Assembly: GCA_944367495.1 (NCBI GenBank)
Contig: CALVWP010000005.1
Coordinates: 1-48,687, forward strand
Length of the DNA: 48,687 bases
DNA from: an uncultured Bacilli bacterium
GTDB lineage: Bacteria > Bacillota_I > Bacilli_A > RF39 > UBA660
Direction of reading: 5' to 3'
Every line of letters starts with the position of its first letter. Position 1 is the stretch's first letter. The translations under genes were made by a program, and so were the position numbers. The notes under the pieces are model-generated. The model was not told the origin of the DNA and ran no database searches. It was given only the letters and a program-made list of their open reading frames with translations. Shown here piece after piece: positions 20,472-29,902 of this stretch.

Positions 20472-20621
20472 TCTTTACCCCTTATCAATTTAATAAAAAT
20501 AGCTGGTGCAAAAAATAAAATATCTTCTAACATACTCCTCACCTCTAAGTTTAATTATAAACTAATCCATATCATTATACCATCTTTTACACTAACATAT
20601 CATTACAATTTTGTCACATTA

Positions 20622-20650
20622 TTGAACATCCTAAAAATTCATGTTATACT
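20622..20650 (+). promoter_or_regulatory. Sigma-A type promoter for the DedA gene
   Basis: TTGAAC, 17 nt, then TATACT. Confidence 0.5.
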
Positions 20651-20669
20651 TAAAAGGCGAGGTGTCCTT

Positions 20670-21308
20670 ATGCAAGATTTAATAATTGAAATTATGAACA
20701 ACTTTGGTCATTTTGGTTATATCGGAGTCTTTCTTTTAATTACTATTGAAAATATTTTTCCACCAATTCCATCTGAAGTAATTTTACTATTTGGTGGTTT
20801 TATGACTACTTACAGTTCAATGAATGTAATTGGTGTCATTATAGCCTCTACCTTAGGTTCGGTTTTAGGAGCTATAATCTTATATTATATCGGTAAAATT
20901 CTAAACAAAGAAAGACTTAAAAAAATTATCACCAGCAAGCCCGGAAAACTGCTTAGATTAAAACCTGAAGACATCGACAAAGCAGATGAATGGTTTGACT
21001 CAAAAGGAAATAAAACTGTATTTTTTTGCAGATTCGTTCCCGTTATCAGAAGTTTAATTTCTATTCCAGCCGGAATGAGTGAAATGCCAATGAAAAAATT
21101 CTTAATTTATACCACAGCAGGATCTTTAATTTGGAATGCCGCTCTAACAATTGCTGGTAGTATTGTTGGTGAAAACTGGACAAGTATTGTAGAAATAATG
21201 GACAGCTATTCACATATAGCAGTTATTGTTTTAGCCATTATCTTTATAATAGCTATTATAGTTTTCTACACAAAAAGAAAAAAGAAAAATCCTAAAATAT
21301 CAAAATAA
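20670..21308 (+). CDS. DedA/SNARE-associated family membrane protein
   Basis: Typical DedA segments: ENIFPPIPSEVILLFGG and FCRFVPVIRSLISIPAG. Start at ATG 20670 after GGCGAGGTG. Confidence 0.8.
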   Translation: MQDLIIEIMNNFGHFGYIGVFLLITIENIFPPIPSEVILLFGGFMTTYSSMNVIGVIIASTLGSVLGAIILYYIGKILNKERLKKIITSKPGKLLRLKPEDIDKADEWFDSKGNKTVFFCRFVPVIRSLISIPAGMSEMPMKKFLIYTTAGSLIWNAALTIAGSIVGENWTSIVEIMDSYSHIAVIVLAIIFIIAIIVFYTKRKKKNPKISK

Positions 21309-21427
21309 AAACTGGCCTATCTGGCCATTTTTTATATTAAATTTTTTAGCAATCTATCACTTTATTGTATTCATTCAATTGTTTATCAATAATTTCTAAT
21401 CTTGAAGATAAAGCACTTTCTTCACAT

Positions 21428-21718
21428 TTAAAATTCATCATTCATTAAAAAATCAAACATATTTATTTGTTTAACATCATCAGTAAAATAATCTTTTTTA
21501 GTCAAGATTATTATATATTTATTATCATCTATATCATCAAAAGCACTAAATTCTCTAGTCCTTGTTCTTTCATATGATAAATCAAAACAAACTTGAATAT
21601 ATTTAAATTTATTATTTTTCGGTGCTATAAAATTAATTTCACCTTTTTTAGTTTTACCTATAAACACTTTATAATCTTTTCCTATTAAATCATTATATAC
21701 AATATTTTCTAAAGCCAC
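21428..21718 (-). pseudogene. 3' remnant of a DUF4143-type AAA ATPase gene
   Basis: The 96 aa match only the C-terminal restriction-endonuclease-like part of COG1373/DUF4143 ATPases (NIVYNDLIGKDYKVFIGKTKKGEINFIA...YIQV...RE). Full-length members are about 400 aa. The upstream part is replaced by a copy of the fic 5' region. Confidence 0.6.
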
Positions 21719-21755
21719 TAAATAATTAATTTCTTCATTATTTGTTTTGGTTTGT

Positions 21756-21824
21756 TTTGTTCATTATTAGTATTCCTAACACTTATTATATAGAAAAAAA
21801 GATTTAAAATCTTTACATAATGAC
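21756..21824. repeat. Direct repeat, copy A, of the tRNA-Trp terminator / fic RBS-start region
   Basis: About 70 bp, roughly 90 percent identical to 22394..22464 (TTTGTTCATTATTAG.A.TCCTAACA.TTATTATAT..AAAAAAAGATTTAAAATCTTTA..CATAATG). Confidence 0.75.
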
Positions 21825-21865
21825 ACCATGACTTAAAAGATTACAACTTTTTGTTTTATATTTTT

Positions 21866-22402
21866 TTAATCATTAGTTTCATAATAATACGATGTTTCAA
21901 TTCCTTTAAAAAAAGAGTCTAAACTGAAATCATCTGTCAAATTATTTTCTATTAAAGTTTTAATTTCTAATGTATTAATTGGACTTCTTTCCATAGCTTG
22001 TAAATATAATTTTTTATCTATATTTTCCCAATTAACAATTTTGTTTAACCTTTTTTTTAATATCAAATCTAACCATATTCTTGTGGCGCGACCATTTCCT
22101 TCTAAAAATGGATGGGCAATATTCATTTCAACATATTTATTAATAATATCGTCTAACGTATTTTCTTTCATGGTTTCTATTTTTTTTAAAATATCTTCTA
22201 AATATAAAGTATTGGCAAATCTAAAATTTCCTTTAGAAATATTTTTTTCCCTAATTTGACCCGCAAAATCATACAAACCATCAAATAAATATTTATGTAT
22301 TTGCCTTAATCCTTTAACTGTACCAATTTCAATGCTATTAATGTCATTATTTGCAAATAATCTTTTTGCATTTTCTAAACTTTTTTCATCTACTTTGTTC
22401 AT
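21866..22402 (-). CDS. fic: Fic/DOC family protein (putative AMPylase)
   Basis: Canonical Fic motif [12 protein letters not shown] (HxFx[D/E]GNGRxxR). Start at ATG 22402 after AGGAG. C-terminal SYYYET resembles a class III inhibitory SxxxE[G/N] helix, but imperfectly. Confidence 0.85.
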   Translation of the reverse strand: MNKVDEKSLENAKRLFANNDINSIEIGTVKGLRQIHKYLFDGLYDFAGQIREKNISKGNFRFANTLYLEDILKKIETMKENTLDDIINKYVEMNIAHPFLEGNGRATRIWLDLILKKRLNKIVNWENIDKKLYLQAMERSPINTLEIKTLIENNLTDDFSLDSFFKGIETSYYYETND

Positions 22403-22464
22403 TATTAGCACTCCTAACAATTATTATATTAAAAAAAGATTTAAAATCTTTAAATCACATAATG
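22394..22464. repeat. Direct repeat, copy B (tRNA-Trp terminator / fic 5' end)
   Basis: See 21756..21824. Contains the hairpin AAAGATTT/AAATCTTT plus a T-run that terminates the tRNA on the minus strand. Confidence 0.75.
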
Positions 22465-22538
22465 GCAGGGGAAGCAAGACTTGAACTCACGACATTCGGT
22501 TTTGGAGACCGACGTTCTACCAACTGAACTATTCCCCT
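22463..22538 (-). tRNA. trnW: tRNA-Trp (anticodon CCA)
   Basis: Minus-strand AGGGGAATAGTTCAGTTGGTAGAACGTCGGTCTCCAAAACCGAATGTCGTGAGTTCAAGTCTTGCTTCCCCTGCCA folds as a cloverleaf: 7-bp acceptor stem, anticodon loop CUCCAAA, encoded CCA end. It is close to Bacillus tRNA-Trp. Confidence 0.9.
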
Positions 22539-22629
22539 AAGACAAATAAATTATATCATAATAATCTAAGTATTTCAACACATTTTCACCAGCTTTAAAA
22601 AAGTACATATAATATACTGGTGATTTTCT

Positions 22630-23058
22630 ATGGCAATAATAAGAACAACCGATAGCGAAAGAGATTTGCTGGCTAGATTAATGAGAGCAGAGGCTGTAGG
22701 TGAAGGTGACTTAGGTATGCTGATGGTTGGCAATGTCGTAATCAATAGAGCTTTAGCCAATTGTTTAACTTTTAAAAATGTCGATACCATTAGTAAAGTT
22801 ATATATCAAAATCCGGGTGGTTTTTCTGGAGTTGATAGCCCACTATTTTTCAGCAATCCAACGACAGTAGAAAGAAATTTAGCTAATAGAGTCATAAAAG
22901 GAGAATATTACCATCCAGCAACTCATGCTTTATGGTTTTATGCACCAAATTCAGGTGAACCATGTAAAATAACTTGGTGGAATCAATATAATAGTGGAAG
23001 ATATAAAAATCATTGTTTTTACGTTCCTAGTATTGGCGAATGTCCTGAAATACGATAA
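22630..23058 (+). CDS. cwlJ: Spore cortex-lytic cell wall hydrolase, CwlJ/SleB catalytic-domain family
   Basis: 142 aa, collinear with B. subtilis CwlJ as I remember it (DLLARLMRAEAVGEG..MLMVGNVVINR...HCFY). Confidence 0.75.
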   Translation: MAIIRTTDSERDLLARLMRAEAVGEGDLGMLMVGNVVINRALANCLTFKNVDTISKVIYQNPGGFSGVDSPLFFSNPTTVERNLANRVIKGEYYHPATHALWFYAPNSGEPCKITWWNQYNSGRYKNHCFYVPSIGECPEIR

Positions 23059-23064
23059 AAGACT

Positions 23065-24147
23065 CTAATTCGAGTCTCCTATTTGATGAGTTAACTTAAG
23101 AGTTAACTCTTTTTCTCTACCATTTCTAATAACAGTTAATTTAACACTATCACCAATATTGTGTTTATACAAAACGTACTTTAAATGAGTAGAATTTTTA
23201 ACTATAATATCATCAATCTTAGTAATAACATCATTTCTCTGTAGCCCAGCAGCTTCCGCATCTGAACCTCTTTCCACAGAATTAACTACCACACCAGAAG
23301 TAACACTATCATCTATATCTAATTCACTATTACCAATTAAAGGTAAACTATCTAAATCATAAAGTGATACTCCAATCACTGGACGAGCTATTGCCTCACC
23401 ATTTTCAAGTTTATCAATTTGTGACATTGCCACTTCTATCGGAATCGCAAATCCCATACCTTCAATTGAACTTTCTACAAGTTTAACTGAATTAATACCA
23501 ATAACTTCACCATTTATATTAACAAGCGGTCCACCACTATTACCCGGATTAATAGAAGCATCAACTTGAATTGCTTCCATCATATAAGATGTTCCATTGT
23601 CTGTAATAGTAATTTCTCTATTCTCACCAGAAATAATTCCTTTAGTGACCGTTCCAGCATAATCAGTACTAACAGGAGTTCCAACCGTAAATACCGTATC
23701 GCCAAGCTTAGCATCTGTACTATCGCCAATCTCTGCTACTTGTAAAACTTTTTCTTCATCAATTCTAAGTACAGCAATGTCCATGTAAGAATCAGTGCCT
23801 AAAACTTCTGCTTCCACATCTTCACCATTACTCAAAGTAACCACTATTTTGCTAGCACCTTCAACCACATGATTATTAGTTAAAATATAACCAAACTCAT
23901 CATCTTTTTTATAAACAAAACCAGATCCATAACCAGTAAGTCTCGTACCTTGATAATTATTAACAACTACAACTGAATCATAAACTTTCTTGATTGATTC
24001 GTTTATTGACTCATTAGAAGTAATAGTAACATTTCTATTTTCTACCGGAGAATTACTAGAATTATCCTTTACAAAATACAATGTTCCACCAACACCAAGA
24101 GCTAAAACAACTAAAATAACAACTACATTAATTATTCTTTCGCGCAT
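23065..24147 (-). CDS. HtrA/DegP-family serine protease with C-terminal PDZ domain
   Basis: N-terminal TM helix. Catalytic His (TNNHVV), Asp (DIAVL) and Ser (GNSGGPLVN). PDZ segment (AAGLQRNDVITKIDD). Confidence 0.9.
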   Translation of the reverse strand: MRERIINVVVILVVLALGVGGTLYFVKDNSSNSPVENRNVTITSNESINESIKKVYDSVVVVNNYQGTRLTGYGSGFVYKKDDEFGYILTNNHVVEGASKIVVTLSNGEDVEAEVLGTDSYMDIAVLRIDEEKVLQVAEIGDSTDAKLGDTVFTVGTPVSTDYAGTVTKGIISGENREITITDNGTSYMMEAIQVDASINPGNSGGPLVNINGEVIGINSVKLVESSIEGMGFAIPIEVAMSQIDKLENGEAIARPVIGVSLYDLDSLPLIGNSELDIDDSVTSGVVVNSVERGSDAEAAGLQRNDVITKIDDIIVKNSTHLKYVLYKHNIGDSVKLTVIRNGREKELTLKLTHQIGDSN

Positions 24148-24158
24148 AAAATTCCCTC

Positions 24159-25091
24159 CTAACTAAAATCTTTTATTTTTTTCCAATTACTTGGAAAACC
24201 AATTCTATTTAAAATATCATCTAATGGCACAACATCAACAACAGCATCCAAATTGCTAACTTCTCTTTTTATTTCATCAAACATCTCGTTAAAATCATTT
24301 TTACTAAGCATCACTTTCAAAATAATAACCAAAGAAAACAAATCATTTTTTCCATATATGTAACCGTCTTCATTTACTGGTATATTAAGTAAATCATGAT
24401 ACTTACAGTCTGGTATCTCTCTTTGCGTTCTATGATCATACAAAATATCCTCATGAGCACACACGTTTCTAAAATTTGAAAGAAGCGACAAATAAATACT
24501 TAAAGTTTCTGACGAAACACCATAATATTTACTAATCTCTGTTTTGTCCTCCTCTTTCAAAATATCATAAAATTCAGCCATAATTCCAAAAGATAATACC
24601 TTTACTAAAATCCAAAGCGGAATATAACCATAATTTTCTATATAATGAAAGGTAGCCGTGTGTTTGCGCCCATTAACCCTAATTTGTCTTTTAACTTTAT
24701 TTAAAACATCATAAACTTGTCGCGTTTGTAAAGTATCTTGTGAAAAATTTTTGGGATCCAAATAATCTTTCTCTTTAAAACCATACTTCTTAGATAATTG
24801 ATAACTAGTAATAGATTTAATATTGTTTTCAACAATCAAAATGTTTTTAAAAAAAGTATTCCTAATCGCTCTATCAAACAAAAAAGTCGCATAAAGTTCT
24901 TCAAATCGTGTTCCTTCTATAAATTGCTTATCACTAGCTTCATTCATAAATAAATGACGATAACCGCTTATAAAGAAATAATTTTCCCTAAATAGTATTT
25001 CTCTGGCTTTTTTCTCATCATTAACTATTAATCCTTTATTTTTTAAAATATCTACTTGTTCATCTATTGTCTTAAATATTTTTTCTGTCAT
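24159..25091 (-). CDS. Abi_2 (AbiD/AbiF-like) abortive-infection family protein
   Basis: 310 aa. Conserved core NIKSITSYQLSKKYG ... FRNVCAHEDILYDHR is typical of Abi_2/AbiD1-like proteins. Confidence 0.65.
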   Translation of the reverse strand: MTEKIFKTIDEQVDILKNKGLIVNDEKKAREILFRENYFFISGYRHLFMNEASDKQFIEGTRFEELYATFLFDRAIRNTFFKNILIVENNIKSITSYQLSKKYGFKEKDYLDPKNFSQDTLQTRQVYDVLNKVKRQIRVNGRKHTATFHYIENYGYIPLWILVKVLSFGIMAEFYDILKEEDKTEISKYYGVSSETLSIYLSLLSNFRNVCAHEDILYDHRTQREIPDCKYHDLLNIPVNEDGYIYGKNDLFSLVIILKVMLSKNDFNEMFDEIKREVSNLDAVVDVVPLDDILNRIGFPSNWKKIKDFS

Positions 25092-25153
25092 ATGCTCACC
25101 TATAATTCATTATAACACAAAATACTACCCCTTTTATGATAAAATAGTGAAAT

Positions 25154-25813
25154 TTAATCATCAAAATAACGATTAACCGCTGCAGCTATCACATTAGCTA
25201 AACGGTTTTGATAAGTATCATTAGTTAAAAGTGCTCGTTCACTCGCATTTGATAAAAATCCTACTTCCAATAATACCCCTGGTCGGCTCACTCTTCTTTG
25301 TAAATATTTCGTACTATTTTCTTTATAATCTCTATTAGTATTTAATTTTTTCTTAAATTCATCTCGAAAAATTTCAGCAATTTTTTTATTATCTGGATTA
25401 ATCGTATCATAATATACCTCAGCTCCATATAATGTCCCACTATCCTCAGCATTCAAATGAATAGATAAATATAAATCACAATTCGATCTATTAATTATAT
25501 TAGCTCTCCTAGACAAATCGCTTCTTTTTCTATTCCAAGCATTTGTCACCGCTAAATCGTAATCACCATATCTCGTCAAATAAACAATTGCCCCTTCTTT
25601 TTTTAAAACATTCATAACTTTTTTAGTAATTTCTAAATTAACATCCGCTTCCCTGACATTTTTATAAAAAGCTCCGCTGTCAATCCCTCCATGGCCAGCA
25701 TCTAGATATATTACCTTAGACAGCAGTGGTAAAGCCTTATCTTTCGCACTTACTAAATTAAATAAACAAAGTAACATTAGTAAAAAAACTAAAGCTCCTA
25801 TCTTATATTTCAT
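25154..25813 (-). CDS. cwlD: N-acetylmuramoyl-L-alanine amidase (Amidase_3), CwlD-like
   Basis: Zn-ligand motifs LDAGHGGIDSGA, LSIHLNA and LLEVGFLSN. Signal anchor present. Start at ATG 25813 after GGTGAT. Confidence 0.75.
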   Translation of the reverse strand: MKYKIGALVFLLMLLCLFNLVSAKDKALPLLSKVIYLDAGHGGIDSGAFYKNVREADVNLEITKKVMNVLKKEGAIVYLTRYGDYDLAVTNAWNRKRSDLSRRANIINRSNCDLYLSIHLNAEDSGTLYGAEVYYDTINPDNKKIAEIFRDEFKKKLNTNRDYKENSTKYLQRRVSRPGVLLEVGFLSNASERALLTNDTYQNRLANVIAAAVNRYFDD

Positions 25814-25862
25814 TAATATCACCACTAAAGCATATGAAAAAAGCAATAAATCTATACTAAAT

Positions 25863-26450
25863 CTATTGCTTTAAATAACCTATCACTACTAACTGACGAT
25901 CTAAACCAAGGCAAGTAATTAAAGTAATGGTATTTTTAGTTCTATCTCTTCGAATTGCCACTTTTCCAGTTTTCAAAACATCATACTTATCTGCAATTTC
26001 ATAAATATACTTTTTATCATTATAAATTAAATTGACTTCATCACCAATCTCTAATTTATGTAAATTTTTAAAATGACCTACCGAACTATTACCATTATGC
26101 GCGGCTAATATAAAATTACCACACGCTTCATCTGGCACGCTAGAACCTTCTAAAATTTCTATATTTTTAGAAACATTGTTTTCTTTAGAACCCATTTTAT
26201 ATAATTTTCGTCGTAAATCAATTTTAGAAATTTCAACCATTCCAATAGACTCATCCTTAATAGCCGCCTTATTCACCTTCATCACATTAGTAGTTACTTT
26301 TTTATTATCTTCATTTTCTATTTGTTTATATAATGCCGGTTCATAATTTCGCATACTATGAACTTCTGATAATACATAACTGCAAAAATAATAATGTCCA
26401 AGAATTATTAATATTAAACCTAAATTTTTAATGACACTTAAATAAGACAA
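25863..26450 (-). CDS. Sortase (small class B/D-like transpeptidase)
   Basis: N-terminal TM helix, His in ILAAHNG, catalytic TLITC motif (NTITLITCLG), Arg near the C-terminus. Overlaps the upstream substrate gene. Confidence 0.8.
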   Translation of the reverse strand: MSYLSVIKNLGLILIILGHYYFCSYVLSEVHSMRNYEPALYKQIENEDNKKVTTNVMKVNKAAIKDESIGMVEISKIDLRRKLYKMGSKENNVSKNIEILEGSSVPDEACGNFILAAHNGNSSVGHFKNLHKLEIGDEVNLIYNDKKYIYEIADKYDVLKTGKVAIRRDRTKNTITLITCLGLDRQLVVIGYLKQ

Positions 26451-27321
26451 ACCCTACACCTACTAACGTCGTAGCTAAAAGACCATTCATACTAATAAAA
26501 CCTGTATTGGGCACTTCTATAACCTCAGGTATTTCCTCGTTTTGAATCTTTAAAAACGTATCTTTATCAGTTGTAATTCTAAGTGCTGCTAACTTTTGTG
26601 ATTCACCATTACTATAAATAAGTAACGGTGAATTATCATAATGTTTTCTTTTTAAAGTTATTGTCTCTTCTGGAACTACCTTCTCATTTAAAGTTATCGT
26701 AAGTTTATTGCCATCTTTAGCAATAGTATGATATTTGCTATCAGAAATTTCAAACTCATCTAAAACATCATTTTCATCATTTAATATAATAGTTTTCCCG
26801 GTTTCATCTTTTACTATCTTCTCACTAAAACTAGGCCTCAAATCGTGCTGATGAACTAAACTCAAAATTTCATTTTTCTCTTTACTAATATCAATAACCT
26901 CACCTGTAAAATTTTTTCCAGTCGTCCAAGTTACTTCTAACTCTGGCCTAACTGCTTTCCAAATAAGTTCTTGAGCTGCTATATAATAATAATTTGTCTT
27001 ATGTCCCGGAAAATCATAACCATAATAACCAATCTTTTCAATATATTCTTTTAATTCATCTGACATATTTACAATATCCCATTCCGTATAAATATCATAA
27101 TAATTATTCGTAATTTCTACACCAGGCTCAATACAATAAGCTATTCTATCACCCATTTGGAACATCGTCGCAATATTAGTCTTAAACTTCCCATCTAACG
27201 TCCGATTATATGCAATTCCATTTAACTTATTATACTTAATTCTAACCTCTTCTGCTTGAACATTAAAATGTGGTATTAAACAAATAGACAAAAACAATAA
27301 AACAGCAAATATTTTTTTCAT
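26428..27321 (-). CDS. Thioester-domain (TED-like) surface protein with a VPNTG cell-wall sorting signal
   Basis: Signal peptide MKKIFAVLLFLSICLIPHFNVQA. Cys motif RIAYCIEPG and Gln motif AAQELIWKA resemble the Cys-Gln thioester pair. C-terminal VPNTG, hydrophobic helix and KCH tail. Confidence 0.65.
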   Translation of the reverse strand: MKKIFAVLLFLSICLIPHFNVQAEEVRIKYNKLNGIAYNRTLDGKFKTNIATMFQMGDRIAYCIEPGVEITNNYYDIYTEWDIVNMSDELKEYIEKIGYYGYDFPGHKTNYYYIAAQELIWKAVRPELEVTWTTGKNFTGEVIDISKEKNEILSLVHQHDLRPSFSEKIVKDETGKTIILNDENDVLDEFEISDSKYHTIAKDGNKLTITLNEKVVPEETITLKRKHYDNSPLLIYSNGESQKLAALRITTDKDTFLKIQNEEIPEVIEVPNTGFISMNGLLATTLVGVGFVLFKCH

Positions 27322-27403
27322 AAAACTCCTTTCTTGCCCCTTCATATATTAACATACGATATTTTTAATCAATTTCCTCTTTAAATTTAAAAAAACTTAC
27401 AAA

Positions 27404-29902
27404 TTAAGTAAGTTTCTTATAAGTAAGTTTTTGAAAAACCATCATAACAATAAATATAATAAAGCCAAATAAACTAACCATTTTACCAATAAAAGCATTA
27501 GGCGCAACGAAAACAATTTCAATATCATGCTTACCACTACTTATCTTAAATCCGATAAAAGCATTATTAATTTTTTCATAATCAACCTTTTCACCATCAA
27601 CTTTTATAGTAAATCCTTTATCATATGGAACCGATAAATTAAAATAACCATCTTTTTCGGCAAAAACTGTTCCACTTATCATATCACCGTCTATTCGCAC
27701 ATTCTCAAAAGATGAAATATCACTATAACTATTTATCAAATCCTCATAATTAATACTATAAAGTTCTACTTTCTTAATATAATGTATTCCCTTAGAAAAT
27801 TCTATAGAAAAATCGTCACTTAAAGTATAATCAAAAGTATAATTGTTATTAAAATACTTCCAACTTTCACAAGTTAATTTATTTTGAATACCATTTACTA
27901 TTATACTTGTATCGCCATTTGAACACTTTTGAGGATTTTCTAAAGTAAATCTAAGTAAATATATTTTATTGGCCTTATCTTTTAAATCTAATTTTAACGT
28001 TCCTTTTTCTTTTTTTACTATAACTTTATAACCATCTTTATACTCTTCTATTTTTAGATTTTTATAATCACCCTTCATTAAATCTAGTTCAACTTTTGAA
28101 AGTTTACTTTCATATACATAATCTCCATCTGGGGCTACCACATTACCAATCAAAGCTAAACTATCATCCGGAAATTTAAGTTTATCATAATCTCTTTCAC
28201 TCATAACTCTATCAGTTACATAACCCAAAGGCAAAGTATTTTCATTAATATAAACTTTATAATTTCCATAACTTTTCCACTTTTTATAACCAAATGGTGC
28301 TTTTTCATCGGTAATTAAATACTTAACCCCCATATAACTTTCAAATAAACTGTTACCTTTTTCACTTGTAATAAACATATTACGAGAAGCTCTATTGTTA
28401 TTGAAACTATAAAAGAAATCACTATATAAAGTGTTATAAGTAGAAGAATAAAGAGTAATAATATTTTCATTAATATTGTTAATTTTATTTACAATCTCAT
28501 TCGATACTCTTAAATTAATAGCTATTCTATAAACCGAATTATCATCATCGGTAATATCTTCGATAATATCGTTAATAACGGGATCATTTTGTTTTTGAAA
28601 TTCTTTAACTGTAATAAGATCATCACCTAAATTTTCAGTCAAACAAAAACCAAAACTAAGTAATAAAAACGGTAAAATAATAATTAAACTCTTTTTATAT
28701 TTTCTATACAACAAATATAAAATCAAAAATAAAACACACTCAAAAGTATAATATAATCTTAAACTATTATTACCTAAATATACTAAAGTTAAACTAACAA
28801 TGATAATCAAAAATATAAGTTTAAAATCAGCTTTACCTTCTAAAACATCCTTTAAAAATAATCCTAACCCTAAAACATAAATTGGTAAAAATGGAATCAA
28901 AGCTTTACCATCTAAATATAAACCGCCATTCAAAACATATACAAATATTGGACAAATAATAAATAATGATAAAATTATACCTAAAAATCTTTGCTCCCTT
29001 TTCTTAAAAATCAAATAGATAATAGAAATAAATGAAATACCTAAAAGTCCAACTGAATAAGAATCATAAAGTAAAAAATTTAAATTAATACTAGGGGTAA
29101 TAGCTTCTAATAAAGTAACTTCACTTAAACTATCACCTCTACCATGCATAAGAGTATGTACAACTGGCAATAAAATAACTCCTGCCATACATATTCCTAT
29201 TATAATAAGTAAAGCAAAATTAAATCCTTTTTTAATAAAATCTTTTAAAACAACTTTATCATTTATCTTCAAATATTCATAAATTCCATATATAGTTAAA
29301 CATAAGATTCCACCAACACTATAATAATAACTAGTCATAATCATTAAAAACACACTAATAACCATTAAGCCTTTTTTTTGGTTATCAAAATATCTTCTAA
29401 CACCTATTAATCCTAAAAGCAAAAATGGCATATAACTAACAAACATAATATGTCTATGACTATGAAATAAAAGTGGTCCCGCCATAGCAAACATAAAAGT
29501 TAAAACAAAACAAATTTTTCTATCAAAAGAAAATCCTTTTACCCATAAATAAAATAAGTAAATAGAAAAAATTCCAATAACCAACATTATAAACGGAATA
29601 TAAAAACTCATAGGAACAAATGGTAACAAATAAGAAATTAAAATAACCGGACTAAGTAAACCATAATAAGCAAAATAATATATATTTTGACCACCACCAA
29701 TATTAAAAGCAAAATCCGGAAACAAATCTCCTGTATTATAAAAAAGCATTCTAAAATACTCAGGAAAAGTAAAATGTTGAAAAATCCAATCGGTTTGTGA
29801 ACCAAAAACGTATTTTCCTCCTGTAATAATAAAAGCAATCAACAAATAAACCATACAAATCCCAAATATATTAAACTTATCTTTTTTATCTAGTCTTTCC
29901 AT
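27404..29902 (-). CDS. YfhO-family polytopic membrane protein (glycosyltransferase-C-like, envelope glycopolymer modification)
   Basis: 832 aa with about 13 N-terminal TM helices, a large extracytoplasmic C-terminal domain and a terminal TM helix. N-terminal GSQTDWIFQHFTFPEYFR is typical of YfhO. Confidence 0.7.
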   Translation of the reverse strand: MERLDKKDKFNIFGICMVYLLIAFIITGGKYVFGSQTDWIFQHFTFPEYFRMLFYNTGDLFPDFAFNIGGGQNIYYFAYYGLLSPVILISYLLPFVPMSFYIPFIMLVIGIFSIYLFYLWVKGFSFDRKICFVLTFMFAMAGPLLFHSHRHIMFVSYMPFLLLGLIGVRRYFDNQKKGLMVISVFLMIMTSYYYSVGGILCLTIYGIYEYLKINDKVVLKDFIKKGFNFALLIIIGICMAGVILLPVVHTLMHGRGDSLSEVTLLEAITPSINLNFLLYDSYSVGLLGISFISIIYLIFKKREQRFLGIILSLFIICPIFVYVLNGGLYLDGKALIPFLPIYVLGLGLFLKDVLEGKADFKLIFLIIIVSLTLVYLGNNSLRLYYTFECVLFLILYLLYRKYKKSLIIILPFLLLSFGFCLTENLGDDLITVKEFQKQNDPVINDIIEDITDDDNSVYRIAINLRVSNEIVNKINNINENIITLYSSTYNTLYSDFFYSFNNNRASRNMFITSEKGNSLFESYMGVKYLITDEKAPFGYKKWKSYGNYKVYINENTLPLGYVTDRVMSERDYDKLKFPDDSLALIGNVVAPDGDYVYESKLSKVELDLMKGDYKNLKIEEYKDGYKVIVKKEKGTLKLDLKDKANKIYLLRFTLENPQKCSNGDTSIIVNGIQNKLTCESWKYFNNNYTFDYTLSDDFSIEFSKGIHYIKKVELYSINYEDLINSYSDISSFENVRIDGDMISGTVFAEKDGYFNLSVPYDKGFTIKVDGEKVDYEKINNAFIGFKISSGKHDIEIVFVAPNAFIGKMVSLFGFIIFIVMMVFQKLTYKKLT

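Noticed and set aside
22463-22538. tRNA-Trp as the attachment site of an integrative island
   Set aside because: The ~70-bp direct repeat does not include the 3' end of the tRNA, and no integrase lies between the repeats. Local duplication or recombination is more likely than site-specific integration.
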